Source of the DNA: Xylographa opegraphella
Lineage: Eukaryota
Direction of reading: 5' to 3'
Assembly: GCA_022813865.1 (NCBI GenBank)
Contig: JALDZX010000006.1
Span: 248,001-312,000, forward strand
Length of the DNA stretch: 64,000 nt
Positions 62,775-64,000 of the stretch are shown here, piece by piece; the stretch's first letter is position 1; every line of letters begins with the position of its first letter. The position numbers were made by a program, and so were the translations under genes. The notes beneath the pieces are model-generated. The model ran no database searches. It was not told the DNA's origin and was given only the letters and a program-made list of their open reading frames with translations.

Positions 62775-63143
62775 ATGACTAACTCAACTATCATTACTTT
62801 CTATCTACCGGACGCGGTACCTATCCAGTACCAATGGCTTTCTGAGTACCATATATTGTCATTCGCAAGACTGCTCGTCGCCTGTTTCGTCTTCGGCCTC
62901 CCTTTTCTGCTGTCCTCTGTCTACAGTTTCTTCGCCATTCCTAAGGGCTACGAGGGTATCAGCAACGAGGAACTTGAGAGATATGATGAGAAGGGCATGT
63001 CACTCTGCTTTCCAGACTCGCCAGGCTCCGAGGTCAGGCAACGTACCTTCTCCAGCCTGTCTGTAACTTCAGACACTTGGCACGGAAACACTCTATATCA
63101 GCAGTCCTGGACTACAGAGGTTCTATTGAGCGGTTGTCTATAG
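62775..63143 (+). CDS. Hypothetical small membrane protein
   Basis: ORF with one hydrophobic stretch followed by GYEGISNEELERYDEK; no recognised family. Confidence 0.3.
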   Translation: MTNSTIITFYLPDAVPIQYQWLSEYHILSFARLLVACFVFGLPFLLSSVYSFFAIPKGYEGISNEELERYDEKGMSLCFPDSPGSEVRQRTFSSLSVTSDTWHGNTLYQQSWTTEVLLSGCL

Positions 63144-64000
63144 AAAGCGCTGTGGAACTCGGTTTCTTCTCCGGGACAGTTTACCACCTACGCGTCTTAC
63201 GCTTTCACACGCGAGTTGCGGTCCACTTTCAACGACCGCCATACCCCAAAGTTCTCCGACCCAAATCAAGCACAATCAATTGATCAAGGTGCCGAGTTCC
63301 AACATGGCCAAGAAAGGACGGGCGAATACAGTTCGCGTTCATTAATGATATCTTGACGAGTAGGGGTATTTGGGTTGACACATGGGTTGAAGTTTGATGT
63401 AGCTCTAGAAAAGCGCACCTTTCGAACATTCCAAAGCGGAGCTTTGGTGAGGGAGACAGCCTGCAGCTCTTCATGCTCAGCATAGTGCAGAGTATAGAGA
63501 GGGTCACGGGGAGGGTACTGGGACTATGCAGCCGAATCGCATCAATTACCGCATTTCGTAACGATATCGCTGAGATGAGCAAATCATACCTGCCTTTATA
63601 ATCATCACGACATTAAGGGGTGTTTATTTTCTGACATTACTGATCTTTGCTGGCTCTTTGCCATGTGATTTGTGAAGCTTACGTCGGCTTATCAACCTTC
63701 CAACATTCAGTCTCCACTAGTAAACCGCCGTATGGTCGCCGCAAAAAGATGCATGGACAGCCTTGGCCTTCGTTGACGACTTCGGCAATACGTCTGTACA
63801 AAATGTAGACCTCAAACAGAGCGGCGCCAGGCATCTTCGGATTGCAAGAATTATGCCACGCCGAACCATGTCCACTTGCAGCTCGCGAAGGAGGACAACG
63901 CCGCCGTCAAAGCCATGAGGCCAAGCACCTGGGTCACTGCTTGAAATCCTGGCAAAAAGCTGGACGGGGTGAATGCCAAATCGAGTTTAGGTAAGAATCT

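Overview
Eukaryotic DNA from a filamentous ascomycete (Pezizomycotina; inferred from short GT-AG introns with CTRAC branch points and the gene content). It is a gene-dense, mostly housekeeping region with about 25 intron-containing protein genes that the unspliced ORF track fragments or misses: bZIP factor, SWIM-finger protein, DHA2-type MFS pump, ornithine decarboxylase, methyltransferase, Zn alcohol dehydrogenase, GPI10, ornithine aminotransferase, YOR1-like ABCC transporter, DUF3074, Dsl1/ZW10, DUF3669, Cym1, nitronate monooxygenase, taxilin, amidoligase-2, MPC1, SmB, RPL11, ArfGAP-UBA, FYV4/mS41 and a PTH11-like membrane protein. I saw no intact transposon, tRNA or rRNA. The main signals are at the RNA level: (1) a tiny spliced micropeptide gene (56.9-57.6 kb) with a complex first intron, followed by a structured region with a perfect 11-bp loop-loop complementarity; (2) an AUG-less upstream ORF ending FRPP-stop in the spliced ODC leader; (3) a U6 snRNA gene interrupted by a spliceosomal intron that carries a B-box-like motif. 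All family calls are from motif recognition by eye with no database searches, and exon boundaries are manual predictions.
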